This document shows positions 1-14,887 of a stretch of DNA of 64,000 bases, in pieces (the first letter of the stretch is position 1; each line of letters starts with the position of its first letter). A model generated the notes under the pieces. It made no database searches, was not told where the DNA came from, and was given only the letters and a program-made list of their open reading frames with translations. Source of the stretch: the human T2T-CHM13v2.0 reference genome, Homo sapiens; NCBI RefSeq assembly GCF_009914755.1, contig NC_060928.1, one strand, 5' to 3'. A program made the position numbers and the translations under genes.

Positions 1-720
1 CCAAAGCAATAAATTTTATGTAACTTAGTATGTCATAGGAATTTATATACAAATAGCACTTTTTTTTCACTTTATTTTAGGTTCAGGGTTACATATGCAG
101 GTCTGTGATATAGGTAAATTATGTGTCATAGGGGTTTGGTATACAGATTATTTTATCACCCAGGTAATAAGCATAGTATCTGATAGGCAGTTTTTTTATT
201 CTCTCCATCCTCTTACCCTCTATCCTTTATGTGTCCCTTTATGTGCCCACGTGTACTCACTGTTTAGCTCCCACTTGTAAGTGAGAACATGCAGTATCTG
301 GTTTTCTGTTTCTACATTATTTCACTTAGGAAAATGGCCTCCAGCTCCATTCATATTACTGCAAAGGACATGATCTCATTCTTTTTAATGACTGCATAGT
401 ATTTCATGGCATATATGTACCATATTTTATTTATCCAGTCTACCATTGAGGGGCATTTAGGTTGATTCCATGTCTTTACTATTGTGAATAGTGCTGCAAT
501 GAACATACATGTGTATGTGTCTTTATGGTAGAATGATTTATCTTCCTTTGGGTATATGGCTGATAATGGAATTGCTGGGTCAAATGGTAGTTCTGTTTTA
601 TATTCTTTGAGAAATTCCCACGTTGCTTTCCACAAGAGATGAACTAATTTACATTCTCACCGGCAGTGTGTAAGTGTTCCCTTTCCTCTGCAACCTCGCC
701 AGGATCCGTTATTTCCTGAC

Positions 721-1335
<615 letters not shown>

Positions 1336-1357
1336 AATCAACACAAAACAATAAAAA

Positions 1358-1430
1358 GAGCTGAGATCACGGCATTGCACTTCAGCCTGGGAGACAAGAG
1401 TGAAACTCCATCTCAAAAAAAAAAAAAAGA
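1358..1430 (+). mobile_element. Alu right-arm 3' fragment with A-tail
   Basis: gagctgagatcacggcattgcacttcagcctgggagacaagagtgaaactccatctc followed by an A run. Confidence 0.9.
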
Positions 1431-2029
1431 GAAAGATCTCCAAAAAAGAAATTCCCAGGCCAAAATGGCTTTACTGGAAAATTAATAAAAACAACACAAA
1501 ACAATAAAAAGAGTCTATTCATGGATTTAAGTAGGAGGGGTAAGGAGGTTGATACAAATAAAAACTCATAACAAAAAAAAAGAAAAATGTCTGTCCATGT
1601 CCTCTGCCCACTTTTCAATGAGGTTGTTTGTTTTTTCCTTGTTAATTTGTTATAGATTCTGGAAATTAGGCCTTTGTCAGATGCAAAAGTTGCAAATATT
1701 ATCTCTGATTCTGTAAGTTTTCTGTTTAGTCTGGGGATAGTTTATTTTGCTGAAAAATAGCAGTCTTTATGTGGGCCTGAACCAGAATCTATGTGTACTA
1801 GGCTGGAGGGAGTCAAATTGGTGTGACTGACACAGCACTGATTTCAAAATTGCCTCCTCTTGTTCAGAGACTTGAGCACATGACTTCTCAAGCATGAGTT
1901 TTTTCCTCACAGCCTTTTCAGTTCCCTTGCACCTGAAACTCCAGTTCTGGGCATTATATAGATCCCCAAATACATTGAAAAGTGTAGAAATTAGACAAGT
2001 CCAATGGAGAAAATATGCAACTATCTTAT

Positions 2030-3158
2030 AATTCACCTGCATTTTTGAAATAGATTTTTTCTAGGTATAAAATTCTAGGTTGATGGGCTGTTGTTTTGTT
2101 TTTCACTTTGTTTTTTCTTTCCTTGTATTAAAAACACTGCTTCACTGTCATTAGGCTTGAATTGTTTCTAATGGAATGTCTTCAATTTCACTTATCTTTG
2201 TTCCTCTGTAGGTGCATCTTTTATTCTATGGCTGTTTCTAAAAAGGTTTTATATATATATATATCATTGGTTTTAACCAATTTGATTATGATGTGTCTTG
2301 GTGTGTTTGGCATGAGACCTACTGAATTTCTTGGATCTATAGGTCTACAGTTTTCTTTAAATTTGGAAAATGCTCAGCCATTATTTCTTCAAATATTTTT
2401 TCTTCCTGCCTCACATTGAAATTCCAATTTTATGCATATCAGGTCACTTAAGATTGTCCCACAGCTGTTTTTCTCTGCAGGCTTTATTCTGAATTGATTC
2501 TATTGCTGTATCTTCAAGTTTACTAATCTTTTCTTCTGTAGGATCTCATCGCACCAGTATAATTTTTATCTCAGACACAGATTTTTTCATCTCTAGAAAT
2601 TTGATGTGTGTATTTTTTGTATGTTTTCTGTCTTTCCTTAACATACTCATGCTTTCTTCTAACTCCATGAACACATGTAATATAGTTATAATAACTTTTA
2701 ATATCAGTGACTACTAATTCTATAATCTGTGTCATTTATAGACCTGTTTATTTTGACTAATTTTTTTCCTCATTATGAATCATGTTTTTCAGCTTCTTTG
2801 CATGCCTGATAATTTTTGTTTGGATATCCAACATCATGGATTTGGTCTTGATAATGATTTTTTGTATTCCTTTAATTCTAGAGCCTCATTGTGAGATTCA
2901 GTTAAGTTTCCTGAAAATAGTTGGAGACTTTTGATGCTTGCTTTGAAGTTTTGTTAGGCAGGACCAGGGTCACCATTAAGGCAGAGCTAATTTTCCCCAT
3001 TATTGCTGCAATGCCCTTAGGACTACTCCACTCTATTCCATGTATTATGGGATTTTTTTTTTTTACTTTGGCTAGTTGAGAACATAAAATATTTCCAGTC
3101 CTGTATGAGAACTGAATATTGTTCTATTTGTTTCTTTTTCTTGGTGCCCCACCCACCT

Positions 3159-3195
<37 letters not shown>

Positions 3196-3520
3196 ATCAG
3201 ATGCATGCCCTAATTAATACTCATTTGAAAACTTGAGGAGAACCCTCTGCTTGTCTCCAGAATTCATACTCTATGTAGCTGTTTCTTCCCACTATTATAC
3301 CCTCCAAATTCTAGCCACTTTGGCCTGCCCGAATTCTTAGCTCTGTCTTCTCAATTCAGGAAGACTAATAGGCTCTCTTTGGGGTTTGCATACCTGTACT
3401 GGCACCCGAAAAATCTCCTCAAACATTAAGGGAGAGCAATTTTAAGGACCCCTTTGTTTGTGTCCCTTTTCTCAGAGATTCTTGTCCTATGGTACTTGTT
3501 GCACAAAGTCTGTAAACCAA
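2030..3520 (-). mobile_element. Old L1M (L1MC/ME-type) 5'/ORF1 region
   Basis: T-rich reverse L1M motifs such as ggtataaaattctaggttga, aaatttggaaaatgctcagccattatttcttcaaatatt and ttttcttctgtag. Confidence 0.7.
3160..3193 (+). repeat. (CA)n microsatellite
   Basis: Read directly. Confidence 0.98.
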
Positions 3521-3521
3521 T

Positions 3522-3635
3522 GTTTTCTTTTCTTTTCTTTCTTTCTTTTCTTTCTTTCTTCTTTTGTGCTCTCTCTCTTTCTTTTACTTTCTTGCTTTTT
3601 TTTCCCTTTCTGCCTTGCTTTTCTTTTTCTTCTTC
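3522..3635 (+). repeat. CT-rich low-complexity polypyrimidine tract
   Basis: Read directly (ttttc and tttc units). Confidence 0.9.
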
Positions 3636-3819
3636 AGAATTTTAGTTACTTAATTCAAACAGATTGAGCCAGCCCTTATTACTCTATCTTAAATAAAAAT
3701 AGAAAGACTGCTGGAGATACACATTTCCAGAGCTCTAATTCCAGGCATCTATCTACTAGCGGTAAGCATTACATGAACATTAACTGGTAGGGTTCAAAAT
3801 TGTTATAAACCTTCTTAGA

Positions 3820-4270
3820 AGTCAAGTTATGAGCAGGAAACAAATAATTTGATCATCTGAAGAGAACTTAATAAAGATGATTTAGTAAAGTATAAATATT
3901 GTTTATAAAAAGCAACAATAAATGGTTCAGTACCTCAAAACTAGTAGTAGCAGGGAAACTGTTGTCACTATACATCTGAAAGTTGAAGAATAAGGAGTAC
4001 TTATAGAATACAGAAAATAACTGTCCCTGAGATTTCTCAATAGAGAGATGCAGCTGACCTAAACTTACCTAGCAAAAAAAAAAAAAAAACAGAATTAGGT
4101 AAATATAAATGCCCTCCTCACAATAATCCCACCTTCAAGATCTCCTGCCAGTACATTCTCTAGATACCAATCAGAAGCTTAAAGTTAAAGGAGTCATTTA
4201 ATCTGTTCTAACTGTCAGTTTCCAGCTTGGAGAATAGAGACTTGAGCTGGAGGACAAATAAAAAATATCA
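3820..4270. mobile_element. Degenerate ERVL-class LTR (LTR33-like)
   Basis: caggaaaca...gagaacttaataaag...cagtacctcaaaactagtagtagcagggaaactgttgtcac...tctcctgccagtac resembles the recalled LTR33 consensus. Confidence 0.5.
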
Positions 4271-4544
4271 AGGACACTCCATCAAGATAAATTGGAATGA
4301 TGATGTGTACATTATTACCAACTCTAGGAATTAATGGAGATGAGCTGAAGGGAATAGTCTGTCACATCAAATATAACTACAGTAAAAAATGGTGACCATG
4401 TTAGCAAGTCTAAATAAACAGTATCTTAATAAAGCATCCACAGCACAGATAATTATATGCAAGGAAATTGGAATAGGCATTGTGTCTACTCACAACCAAC
4501 TTAACTACTTAATCTTTTGTTTTAACAGTGATTTAGTAATTAGT

Positions 4545-4680
4545 TGTTAATCTATCAGTCAGCAAATACTTAAATACTCAACATTATACCAAGTAGGATT
4601 ATATAAAGAAGCAAAATGCATGGTTGGTGTCAAGGACTCTACAATATACTTGGGAGAATAAAATACACAAGCAACTAAAT
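4545..4680 (-). mobile_element. L2 3' fragment
   Basis: cagcaaatacttaaatactc...catggttggtgtcaaggactctacaatatact is a degenerate L2 tail. Confidence 0.45.
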
Positions 4681-4702
4681 AATCAATTAATTACACATAC
4701 AT

Positions 4703-5120
4703 GGCTGCTTGCAGCGGTTCATGCCTCTAATCCCAGCACTTAGGGAGGTGGAGGCAGGGGGATCGCTTAAGCCCAGGAGATTGAGACCAGTCTGGGCAAC
4801 ATAGCAAGATTCTGTCTCTACAGAAAAAATATAGCCAGGCACAGAGAATCATGCCTATAATCCTAGAGCTTTTGGAGGCTGAAGTGGGCGGATCACTTGA
4901 GCCCAAGAGTTGGAGACCAGCCTGGGCAACATGGCGACATCCCATCTCTACAAAAAATACAAAAAAATTAGCTGGCCATGTTGGCACATGCCTGTAGTCC
5001 AAGCTACCCGGGAGGCTGAGTTGGGAGGGTCCCTTGAGCCTGGGAGCAGAGGTTGCAGTGAGCTGTGATTGCACCACTGCACTCCAGCCTGGGCAACAGA
5101 GAGAGACTCCATCTAAAAAA
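4703..5120 (+). mobile_element. AluJ-type trimer: left monomer (4703-4830) followed directly by a full AluJ dimer (4833-5120)
   Basis: Two successive left arms with the J-type cttgagccca/cttaagccca motif, then one right arm. Confidence 0.9.
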
Positions 5121-5423
5121 TGATAATAATCAATAAATAATATATAAAATAAATATCTGTGAAGGTCAAATTAGAATCTATTAAAAGCTGAATTCTTAGT
5201 TTCATAAGCCTCTGAGGCATCTGGAAAGTTTGCTTTTTAATGATAGCTCTTCATACAGATTTCACAATGCAATGGATTAGATCAGAATTTCCAAATTGGT
5301 ACTGGCTGAACATTTCTGAAATAGCCCTTCATTTTGTAGATAGTGCCTGATATTTACATTATGTCTGATTGAAAAAGAGTTCCAATAGCTTCAGATCAAC
5401 TTTGTGTTAATAAAGAGAAAGTT

Positions 5424-5783
<360 letters not shown>

Positions 5784-6397
5784 TCAGTCAAAGAACTCCT
5801 AAAGTATCTGAGAGAGAGCTTTATATCATTAATAAAAAAATCTTTATTACAGGTGATAGAGACATCTGTCTATCTATTGGAAAACAAAACAACAAGAGGA
5901 GTATCAGAAGGTAGCTCTAGGTGGAAGCTGATCATTTACATCTCGATTGATTATACAAATTACATTACCACATTTATTGAATGACTGCATGGCTCTAAAT
6001 CATGTATGTGAAAATCAGGTTTTAGTCTCTGCCAAGTAAATCAGGATAGCTACTTGATAAGGGAATAACATGCTTTATCAAAACAATATTCCCATTTGGA
6101 CTTTTGGGACCCTTTAATAAAAGAACAAGTTTAAAACATAATTTTTAAATTTGATTTTAGATATTTTACCTCTGAATCATTTATTAAACTAAGATCCCTT
6201 TGGCCTTACTTTTCTGATTTGTAGTATCTATTTGTTTTTATATTAGAAGCATAATAAAAACTGATAGATTTAACATCCATTGACATTTTTCTATTTGTCT
6301 TATAATTTAGACTCTAGCAGCTGTTCATACGCATGTCACTAGTTAGTATTCATTGATATTAATGTTCTGGGAATAGCCAAGTAAGAGGACATTGTTG

Positions 6398-6571
6398 CTG
6401 AGTTGGGACCACAGGAGCACACCACCACACCCGGCTAATTTTTTAATATTTTGTAAAGATGGGGATCTTGCTATGTTGCCCAGACTAGTCTCAAAATCCT
6501 GGCAACATAGATACGCCTGCCTTTGCCTCCCAAAATGCTGGGATTATAGGCATGAGCCACTGCACCTGGCC
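6398..6571 (-). mobile_element. Partial AluJ (left arm plus start of right arm)
   Basis: Reverse Alu ending cctcccaaaatgctgggattataggcatgagccactgcacctggcc. Confidence 0.85.
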
Positions 6572-6641
6572 TTTACAGATACTTGATTTAAAAAGGGTTG
6601 AGCAATTTGTGAAATCTGTATTTTCTGTTTTGTAATATTAG

Positions 6642-6699
6642 AAAAAACATTTGAATTCTTCCCAGAACCAAATTATTTGGCTTTTCAGTTGCACGGAAG
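6642..6699 (+). other. Candidate exon (58 nt; an alternative acceptor at 6688 would give 11 nt)
   Basis: Perfect AAG|GTAAGT donor at 6700; acceptor ttttctgttttgtaatattag|. Motif evidence only. Confidence 0.3.
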
Positions 6700-9419
6700 G
6701 TAAGTAGCTTGCTTATGGGCATAGAGAGTACCACTAAAAAATCAGGAAAAAAATTGTATTCCCTAGTGTAAGTTTATTACAGTTTGTTTTCTATTGTTTC
6801 CCTTTATTTTGGAAAATATAGAATAGATAAAACCTTCTCTTACAAATACCATCACTCAGAAATTCTAATAACAGACAAACTGAGTGACAAAGGAGGAATA
6901 AAGAACAAATGCTACCATAATTCTTTAAAATTTCGCCTAAAATTTCTTAGCTAAGAAGTTATTTAAAATGAAATAAGTGAGTCTTCATCGTTTAAAAAAT
7001 AAAATTAGATTCAAATATTTCCCAGAGGAAGTTGTTTCTTTACAAGATACCAGTAGTTCATTGGATCTGACTCAAGCAGATCAAAGTTTTTTTCCTAAAT
7101 ATTTTAATTTTTCCTGTTTATATTTTAAAATTAAAGAGCCCTTTTGTGGTGACAATCCACATTTTCTCTTCAATCTCTACTTTTTCATATAAAATTTTAT
7201 CAGAAAAAGGTAGAAAAGATGTATGAGTAGAGATAGTAAACTGAATTAAACCATACTTAATCTGTTTTCAATTACTGTAAGCCTCTTTAAAAGGTAATTA
7301 TTAAATGTTAAGACCACATACATTTTTTTAAAGAATTCATTTTATTCCATTTGATAAAAAGCTTTAAGGTTCACCAGAAACTCAAAGCCGTATGTTTCAT
7401 AAGATTAAAAGCAAGTGGTAAGTGTTTCTATATCACTATAAATGATCTGTTTCAGGGGAAAAAAGACGATAAAAAGGGAAAAAAAATACTACCAGCAATG
7501 AGCTTGAGTAATGGACTCTTAGAAAAAGAAAATCAGACTCTAGTTAAAACTATAAATTGGGATGCTGCATGATTCACTTTCTGTGCAACTACATATAAAT
7601 TTGAACTGCTATTTATAAGTGGGTGGTTCCATAGCGAGGCCATGTAATGTGCAAAGATATTTAAGCAATTTATCAGTGATATTAAGAAGTATTATATAAT
7701 GTGCTGCAGAATACTATACATTGTACATGGTGACACTCTTAGAAATTGGACTTAGAACAATAATCTCTGTTCAAATGACACAGTGACTTTTTAAGGGAAA
7801 GGAGAGGACTGTGATAAACTCCATCAGTCTTAAGACCTCAGCCTCCACAGGGAGCTTATTATACACTGCTTTTAAAATTATGTGTATAATCTTGAAACAA
7901 CAGCAGGAAAGAAAAGTAGCCAATGCTAAACAAAGTTTGAAATCTATACTAAATACATAAACAAGGCAGATACCATTTATGAAAATCAGGAGATGGTGAG
8001 TTTTCAGCATATTTCTCAATGGTGAGCCCAGCCAGCAAGAGAGCCAATCATAGCATGTCTCTTTCTTCTGAAAAACTCATCTAACTTCCCCCCTACAACC
8101 CTAGTTTACTTGAGACATCTCTCACCTAAACAAATTTTTAAGGATTTTATGTTGCATCAGTGATTGTTTTCACAGTGGCATCTCCCCAGTGAGTTATGAA
8201 AAAATGCAGGGAGAAAGATATGCTTAGAAGGTACAAAATGCCACAGCACACATGGCCATAGAAAGAACAAGCAATTGAAGACTTTATGCAGACTTAAACT
8301 TCTTAATTCTGCAAAATTCTTAATTTTGCATAATTTTATATCATTCTTAAATTAATTTTCAAATAAACGTGGATTAAGTGGTATTCTTCCTCCCACTAAA
8401 TCTACATTTATCTGAAAATTCACTAGAACTTAGGAGAGAAGCTTTTAATTTTTTTCCTCTTCTTTCTTAAGAGAGAAAGAAGATTAGGTTTATAGGCTAT
8501 CTAGTATGATTGTTACACTTTTGATCCATTCCAAATAAAAAATCCAAAGGGTGTGAACTATAATTCTACATATCTAAAATCAAGACTATCGAAAGAGAAA
8601 GAAAAATGAAAGACAGCTTGGAGATCTTAGCTGTTGAGAAAAGCATGGGATCTGAGCGAAATCAACTTAATAAAAGCTGAATGCAAATATTAGGCTATCT
8701 TCTGCATAATTTTCTGTTCAGGTTAATTTTCATGTTCACGTGAAATTCTAATTTCTTAGACATTGAAATTCTTGTGAACTCAGTAGGACAGTGTTCCAGA
8801 TGTCATACTTTGGTGAGTCATTTAAATGCACTAAGCTAATGATAGCATTCTCCAATGTTACCAAGAAAATAAGATATGTTACAAATTGTGGTAGAATTCC
8901 AGATGAAATTGCTGGGGGAATCTGCTATTGTATGAAATAAATTATTGAACCTTTTTGTTTTGTTTTGTTTTGAATACCAGCCCTAAGGATGTGCATGTTT
9001 TGAAGGCAGGGACCTGGAGCCAAAGCCCATCTAAATCAGTGTGGACAGTGCAACTGGGACTTTGTAATTCAACAGGTTTTACTGCCTTCCACTCACATTG
9101 CAAAGTGAATAATGTAAATACCACAGGAATGAGCTTCCTTTTCCCTGGCTTTATATTTCAGCTTAGACGACATCATTTAGTGTACCTCTCTTGTCACGCA
9201 TTCATTCACTTCTTCCTAGGAGAGAAGTACATTTTCTCTTTGGTAGGGTTAGAAACACACCCTGAGAATGTTCAACTCAACCTGTTCTCTTCCCTTTATT
9301 TTTTGAGAATCTGCCAGCACATGGGAAAAATGTTCTCTGGTATGCCCCAAGCTAAAGAAAATGTTTAGCAGAAAAGGCTCTCCTTCTGCCTGGGAAACCG
9401 ATGAATTATCCATCACTGC

Positions 9420-10270
9420 CTTGGATAAGCCTGTTTATGTGTGTGGTTCAGTAATAGAAAGCACATATAAGACAGACACCATATGTCACCAGTAAATGAT
9501 TAAAATATTAAGTTCATGTGACTCAAAAATAAATAACCTACATGATAAGTGATCAGTGATTCTGGTTTACTGTTGGAAAATAATATATATTAAATATATA
9601 GTTATTTGATATATAGTGTGAGGAGTTTTATTGAACACAGAAGAACCAAACAATTTTAACACAAGGAAAAAAAAGTTTACAGGAAATTACGTATAAACTA
9701 AATCATAAAAGATAATTTAAAGTATCCTGGTTGAGCAGTTTATGTAGCATAGTACACTGGAGTGGTGGTGGAAAAGTGACAGAAGAGTCATCCCAGATAT
9801 ATCATGATAAAAAACATGGATACGAAATTTCAAGTACTCTTAGGAAAGCAAAAAATGGAGTTGAGAAGCAAAGTGTATGGGAGATAAAATATAAGATGAT
9901 ACTGTGCATGTAGGGATTGTAGCCTGGAGGAAATGAAAGCTCATCAAAGTTTTCTCATATGGGCAGGAATATAACCAAATCTATAGTTTAGATATATTAT
10001 GATAAGTAGTGAGTATAAACTTAATTTTTTGAGTTAAAAGTCTGAATATAGGTGCAAATTTGGCAGTTAAAGAGACTAGAGGCAGGTAGACAAGAGGCTT
10101 TTATAATCATCCATGCATGAGATAATAAGGGTTTAGAGATGGTGGAAGATAGTAAATGAGGAAAGAGGTTAAAGAGATATTTTAAGGGAAGAATCAACAC
10201 AACATTGATTTGATTATTATATAAAGGGGAAAAATAAAAGAACAGAAAATAAATTAATTTTTGACAACAA
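9420..10270 (-). mobile_element. L2 fragment
   Basis: aagagactagaggcaggtagacaagaggctttt...catccatgcatgagataataaggg...agagatattttaaggg is typical purine-rich reverse L2. Confidence 0.65.
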
Positions 10271-10294
10271 TAAAAATGATAATTATAACTACTA

Positions 10295-10550
10295 TAATAG
10301 CTATTACTTATGTGGCATTTGTGTGTAAAGCAATGTCTTATAGGCTTTGCACAGATTAATTTGCTTACTCCTCCAAATAAGGTAGATACTATTATTAGCT
10401 CCATTTACAGATAGAGGAAGACACTGGAGCATAAAAAATGGTTATTTAACTAGTCGCTTGTCTAAAGTCAAAGACCTAGTAAGTGGCAGAGTTAAGATCT
10501 CAATACAAGTGATCTAGTTTCAGCGTCTACATTGGTAATTACAATAGTAT
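10295..10550 (-). mobile_element. MIR
   Basis: Core aggtagatactattattagctccatttacagatagaggaa...ctagtaagtggcagag. Confidence 0.8.
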
Positions 10551-10777
10551 GCTAGGCTTTAGTTAGTATTCCACTTGAATAATCTCTCATAGCATTTCAA
10601 TCAGCACAATTCTAAACATCCTAAAATATGTGAAAAATCAATACAACTCCTAGTCATAAATACCATAAAATATAATGGAAAAAAATTTGGTCATAATAGC
10701 AATAAACTTGAAAGATGTAAGAAGAAACCTAATTTTTTTAAAATGTAAAAAAAAAAAAGGAAAATTATAAAGTTATT

Positions 10778-11147
10778 ATAGTACTTTGGACTGCGATAAC
10801 AAAATACCATAAGCTGGGTGGCTTAAATCAACAAAAATTTATTTCTCACAGTTCTGGAGGTTGAAAATCTGAGATCAGAGTGAAAGCAGGATCACGTTCT
10901 TGATTAGGGCCTCCTTCCTGATTTTATTCCTGGTGTAAAGACAGCCATGTTCTTGCTGTGTCTTCCTACAGTGGAAAGAGAGCTAGGTGGCTCTCTGGCC
11001 TCTTCTTATAATGGCATGAATCCCATTCATAAGGGCCAAACCTTCATGACATAATTATCTCCCAAAGGCTTTACCTCAAATAGTATCACAATGGAATTAG
11101 GATTTTAACATATGAATTGTGGCAATACACAAATACTCAGTCCTTCT
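10778..11147 (-). mobile_element. MaLR LTR (MLT1A/A0-like)
   Basis: aacaaaataccataagctgggtggcttaa...atttatttctcacagttctggagg...aatcccattcat...aacatatgaatt. Confidence 0.85.
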
Positions 11148-11599
11148 CAAAAATGTTAATGGAAAATATAAAAGAGAAATGGAATAAGTGGAGATACACT
11201 GTTTATAAACAAAATATAATAAATTTAGTATTAAAATGCCATTTTTCTCAAAATGAATCTATAAATTCCATTCAATGTCAATGAAAATCCTAGAAGAATT
11301 TTCCTTACTGACTTCAAAAGACTGATACTAAAATGTATATAGTTAGGTAGTAACATTAGGAATACCAAAAAAATTCTAAAAAGTAAACTAAGGTGGGGAA
11401 ATTACCCTACCAACCACCAAGGCTTATTATAAAACCATGAAATTAAAAGAGTGATGGTGAACTTTAAGTAAGCCCAAGAATATTCTACATTTAATAACAG
11501 AAACATTTAAGATAATGGTGAGGGAGGGGAATAGAGAAAGTTTAAGAATTATAGATAGTATTTATACTGAGTAAAGTTTACACCAAATAATTTTAATTT

Positions 11600-11909
<310 letters not shown>

Positions 11910-14210
11910 AATAATTTTAATTCTTTATTATTTGACATGTGTATAGCCTTACAATAACACATTATATGTGCATATTTCATAATAAACTTTAACCTAATCA
12001 AAAATATTAAAAATAGAAAAATCCTGTATTGACACAGAAAGTGACAAATAGATCAACAGAAAAAAAATAAATCATATAATATGGAAATCTGAAACATAGT
12101 ATGATATTCAAATTATTTGATAAAGGCTTTTGATACAATTGGGGAACCACATAGAAAATAATATATTAAATGACTGAATATACAACAGACAAAATAAATT
12201 TCTGAGAAAAGACTTCAAAACTATTTAAATATAAGATATATCTGTATAATATTTTGTTCAGGTAGTATTTCTTAAACAAGATACAAAAAGCATTACCATA
12301 GGATAAATTATTATTAAATTTGATTAACTCAATTTTGTTTCGTTTAGAGAAAAATGATAAACAAATAAAAGGACAATAATAAAATTGAAACAATCTAAGA
12401 GAATTGTAGAAGAAAATAACTACAAAACAACAAGGAATTGTTATCCAGAAATTTTTTTTAAAACATACACACAAAAATAACAAAATGTCATAGACACTAT
12501 TGCCTGAAAGAAACAGACTGGTTAACTCAGAAAAAAAAAAAAAATAGCTAAAAATAGCAGAGAAACAAACAATGGGTAAACAAAGAAATTTTTAAAAAAT
12601 AAAAAGAGTAAAAATATCTGAATAAAAATGACAATGAACACACAATGTCCCCAAATTTATGATATAGAAATATGTGCCTACATTAAAAAAGGAGAAAGAT
12701 CCAAAATAAACAACCTAATATTATATCTCAAAGAACCAGGAAAACAAGATCCAACTAACCCCAAAGTTAATGAAAGGAAAGAAATATTAAAGATTTCAGA
12801 GCAGAAATAGGTAAAATAGAAAGCAGGAAAACAATAGAAAAATCAACAAACTAAGAGTTTATTTTTCCAAAAGGTCAACACAATTATAGCTAGACCAAAA
12901 AAAAAAAAAACACACCAGAAGATTCAAATATAATAAAAAAAAAAAAGAGACATTGAAACTGATACCACAGAAATGGAAAGGATCATAACAGATGATTATA
13001 AACCAGTATGCATGAATAAACTGGACAATCTAGAAGAAATGAACAAATTCCTAAACACATACAACCTACTGAGAATGAATCCCAGAGAAATTAAAATCTG
13101 AACTGACTAATAATGAGTGGTAAGGAGGTTGAATCAGAAATAAAATGTCTCCCACCAAAGAAAAGCCAAGAACCAGATGGCTTCACTGATGAATTCTACC
13201 AAACATTTAAAGAAGAAATATTATCTTTTTTTCCCAAACTCTTCAAAAAATTAAAAAAAGATGAAGTACTTCCAAACATATCATACAAGGCCAGCATTAC
13301 CTTAATAGCAAAGCAAGGCAAGGACACTAAATGAAAAGAAAATTACAAGTCAATATCCCTCACGAACATAAATGCAAAAATCCTCAGCAAAAAAAGAAAA
13401 CAAATTTAACAGTACATTTAAAAGGATCATTCACCATGATCAACTGAAATGTATCCCAGGGATATAAGAATTGTTCAGCATATGCAAATCTATAAATATG
13501 GTACACATAATTAAAAGAATGAAGGACAAAAAAAAACATGTAATCGTCTCAATAGATGCAGAAAAAGCATTTGACAAAATTCAGTATTTTTTCATGATAA
13601 AAACTCTCAACAAATGATGTATAGAATGAATGTACCTCAATACCATAAAGACCAAGTATGGCAAAACCACAGCTAACATTATACTCATCAGTAAAAAGTT
13701 GAAAGCTTTTCTTCTAAGATCCAGAACAAGACAAAGGTACACATTCTCACCATTCTATTTGGCACAGTACGAGAAGTCCTAGCCAGAGCAATTATGCAGG
13801 AGAAAGAAATAAAGCATCCAAATTGGAAAGAAAGAAGATAATTCAACCTTAGTTGTGATGACATGATTTTATACATAGAAAACCCTAAAAACAGTTTCAA
13901 AAAGCTGTTAGAAACAATAAACAAAATCAGTAAAATTACAGGATGCCAATTCAACATGCAAAAATCAGTAGCATTTCTATACACTAAAAACACAGTATTC
14001 GAAAATGAAATCAAGAAAGCAATTCCACTTATAATAGCTACAAAAGATAATCAAATACTTAGGAATAAATTTCATCAAAGAGAATAAAGACCTGTACACT
14101 GAAAACTACAAAGCATTGATGAAAGAAATTGGGGGAGACACAAATAAATGAAAAGATATCCCATGTTTATTGATTGGAAGAATTAATATTGTGAAAATGT
14201 TCATATTACT

Positions 14211-14594
14211 TGCTGTGGTTTGAATGACACATTCAGCATACATTGAAAAATTAATGCCAAATGCAATAGTGTAGACAAGTGGAGCCTAATGAGAAGAGAT
14301 TAGCCATGAGGGCTCTTGTGAATGGATTAATGTCATTATATTAGGAATGGGTTTAGTATTGCAAGAGTGGATTTTTTATAAAAGAATGAGTTCAGCCCCC
14401 TTTGGCTCTCTCCTCCTCTCTTTCCCCTTTCACCTTCTGCCATGGGATGACACTGTAAGAAGGCCTTCACCAGATGCTAGCTCCTCAATCTGGAACTTCC
14501 CAGCTTCCAGAACTGTGAGGAAATAAACTTCTGATATTGATAAATTACCCTGTTGGTAGTATTCTGTTATAGCAGCATAAAATGAACTAAGACA
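14211..14594 (+). mobile_element. MaLR solo LTR (MSTC/MSTD-like)
   Basis: Starts tgctgtggtttgaat, contains ttcccagcttccagaactgtgagg-aaataaa and ends aatgaactaagaca. Confidence 0.85.
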
Positions 14595-14887
14595 CTATCC
14601 AAAGCAATCTACAAACTCAATGCAGCTGCTATCAAAATTCAAGTGACATTTTTCACTGAAATAGAAAACAATGCTAAAATTCATATGGAATCACAAAAGA
14701 CCCTGAATAGCCAAAGCAATCTTCAGTAAAAAGAACAAAGCTGGAAGCATCATACTACCTTGCTTCAAAATATACTACAAAAATATAGTAAACCAAACAG
14801 CATGATACTGGTATAAAAAATGAACACATAGAACAGTGGGACAAAATAGAGAGCCCAGAAATAAGTTCACATATTTACAGTCAATTG

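Noticed and set aside
1767-2042. 91-aa minus-strand ORF in apparently unique sequence; possible processed pseudogene
   Set aside because: No recognisable protein similarity, no poly(A) or TSD, and a non-distinctive start.
8955-9368. 137-aa ORF in unique DNA
   Set aside because: Starts at TTG in a (TTTTG)n run, has no recognisable domain, and the length is compatible with chance.
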